Position numbers and translations under genes: made by a program | Notes under the pieces: model-generated | Databases searched by the model: none | Told to the model about the DNA's origin: nothing | What the model saw: the letters and a program-made list of their open reading frames with translations, nothing else | In this document: in pieces, positions 62,438-64,000 of the stretch | Layout: every line of letters begins with the position of its first letter | Numbering within the stretch: the stretch's first letter is position 1 | Assembly: GCF_964213995.1 (NCBI RefSeq) | Contig: NC_135810.1 | Coordinates: 105,338,001-105,402,000, forward strand | DNA length: 64,000 nt | Source: Mustelus asterias | Lineage: Eukaryota | Direction of reading: 5' to 3'

Positions 62438-62661
62438 AAAAGCAAAATATTGCGGATGCTGGAATCTGAAAGACAAACAGAAAATGCTGGAAAATCTCAG
62501 CAGGTCTGACAGCATCTGTGGGGAGAGAATAGAGCCAACATTTTGAGCCTAGCTGACCCTTCATCAGAGCTCTGACGAAGGGTCTTCTAGACTCAAAACA
62601 TTGGCTCTATTCTCTCCCCACAGATGCTGTCAGACCTGCTGAGATTTTCCAGCATTTTCTG
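62438..62661. mobile_element. Palindromic short element (probably Penelope-like pseudo-LTR) with 92-bp arms and 14-bp TSD
   Basis: Arms 62478-62569 and 62570-62661 centred on cagag|ctctg, extra 40 nt on the left. TSD atattgtataatgt at 62424-62437 and 62662-62675. Decayed hammerhead CTGACGA-AGGGTC-ttcta-GACTC-aAAA-catt. Confidence 0.82.
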
Positions 62662-64000
62662 ATATTGTATAATGTGCCTCCCTCCCTTCATGCCAGCCAG
62701 GTTATATTATCAGGATGTTTGGTGTTCCTCTGTAACTTATGGCACCATTGTTTACAAACTGTGCATGGTGGCACATTGCTGGACCCGTAATCCAGAGGAT
62801 TTGTCTAATAATTCAGAGAATGTGAGTTTAATGGCCATGTCAGGACTTGCATTCAGTAAAACAAAATCATGCACTAACATGATTGAGTCTTCACTGACCT
62901 TTGGAGTGGTCCAGCACTCAGTTGTAACAAATTGCTACACGTGCTATCTCCTCAGGGCTTTCGAGGATGGGCAATAAGTACTGGCTTCATCAGCAAGGTC
63001 CACATTCCAAGAATGTATTAAAAAAAGCAAACGCACAAACTTATTGATTCAAATTTGATAGCTTTACTTTGATAAATTAGATATGGCAATTGTACTGTAA
63101 CAAAGAACTAAAGGATACATAGTTTTATTTTGTTCCAAACATTAAATTTTGTGAGATTTGATGGCAAGGTCGAGACACTATTGCAAAACTCAGAACCTTC
63201 AGGCCAAAACCAAGTAATTGATAATTCTTGTCACTTTGCAAATAATGAGTACATTTTCATAATTTAGTATTAAGACCACACAGGTCACGTTGCAATGTAC
63301 ACACGAGCACTGTGTGGATCTGTATCTGTGTTTGTTTGCTGTGTAAAATGTATGAAAATCGTCAATAAGCATATAAAAAAAAGTGAACGATACTTTAAAA
63401 TACTGATATTAGGCAATGAATCGATTAGGCTTAAAATTAATTTTAAAGTCCTAGTTATGAATTAGGAAGCTTATTACTAGTTTATTCTTTAATGTGTTAA
63501 AGAGAAAGCACCCAGCATGACAGCAGACTGTTTTTCTATTTCAAAGATCTAACCCATTTATTCGGAATTAGCATTACTTATTTAACTCTCTTTGAAGGTA
63601 ACAAATTAAAATATTGTATCCTGTCATAGCTAACAATGAAGAAGTTAAGAACAGATAGCAGACAGGAATACTGTACATGCAATTGTTCTGGTGCTGTAAG
63701 ACATTATTTGCTATTGTTGCCACAGGTGAAGAGACTCTGATCAAGATGCGTGAAAGCAACAGAGATGAAATAGGAATGTTCCAGATGTTCATTGTATGGT
63801 CTGCTGTTACACGGAACCAGTAAGATTCTGACTGCTAAAGGCACCCATCATATAATTTGGTCCTATACGACAGGGGATCAAATGGGAAAAGGTCACAAGA
63901 CTGCATGTTAGTTTTCAGCATTGTTCATTGTTTCAATAGATGTTTAGGGTTTTATAAAATTGTGTAAACTTAGCAATTGTGTCATTTCTGAAGAACCTTA

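Overview
Vertebrate nuclear DNA, not prokaryotic. It is very probably from a shark or other elasmobranch, because HE1-like tRNA/V-SINEs, CR1, Rex/Babar and Penelope-like retroelements dominate the window. Four genes lie on the minus strand. NDUFC2 is represented by coding exon 1 only (8126-8264). ALG8 is complete, with 13 exons (42627->13703) that I traced by hand into a 1578-nt, 525-aa frame with GT-AG junctions throughout. KCTD21 (45711-46442) and LIPT1 (50816-51946) each have a single coding exon. Most of the rest is intronic or intergenic transposon sequence, and there is one assembly gap (20716-20877). Four things stand out. (1) ALG8 intron 4 has U12 (minor-spliceosome) signals and is about 85% filled by a young CR1 LINE with an intact ORF2. 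(2) Two unrelated families of short, TSD-flanked palindromic insertions carry minimal hammerhead-ribozyme motifs and share the same asymmetric architecture; one is clearly the tail of a Penelope element. (3) One SINE head/core occurs with two different LINE-like tails. (4) LIPT1 sits directly upstream of KCTD21 and may share a leader exon with it. All coordinates were read by eye, and repeat boundaries are approximate unless a TSD or TIR is quoted. No database searches were run.
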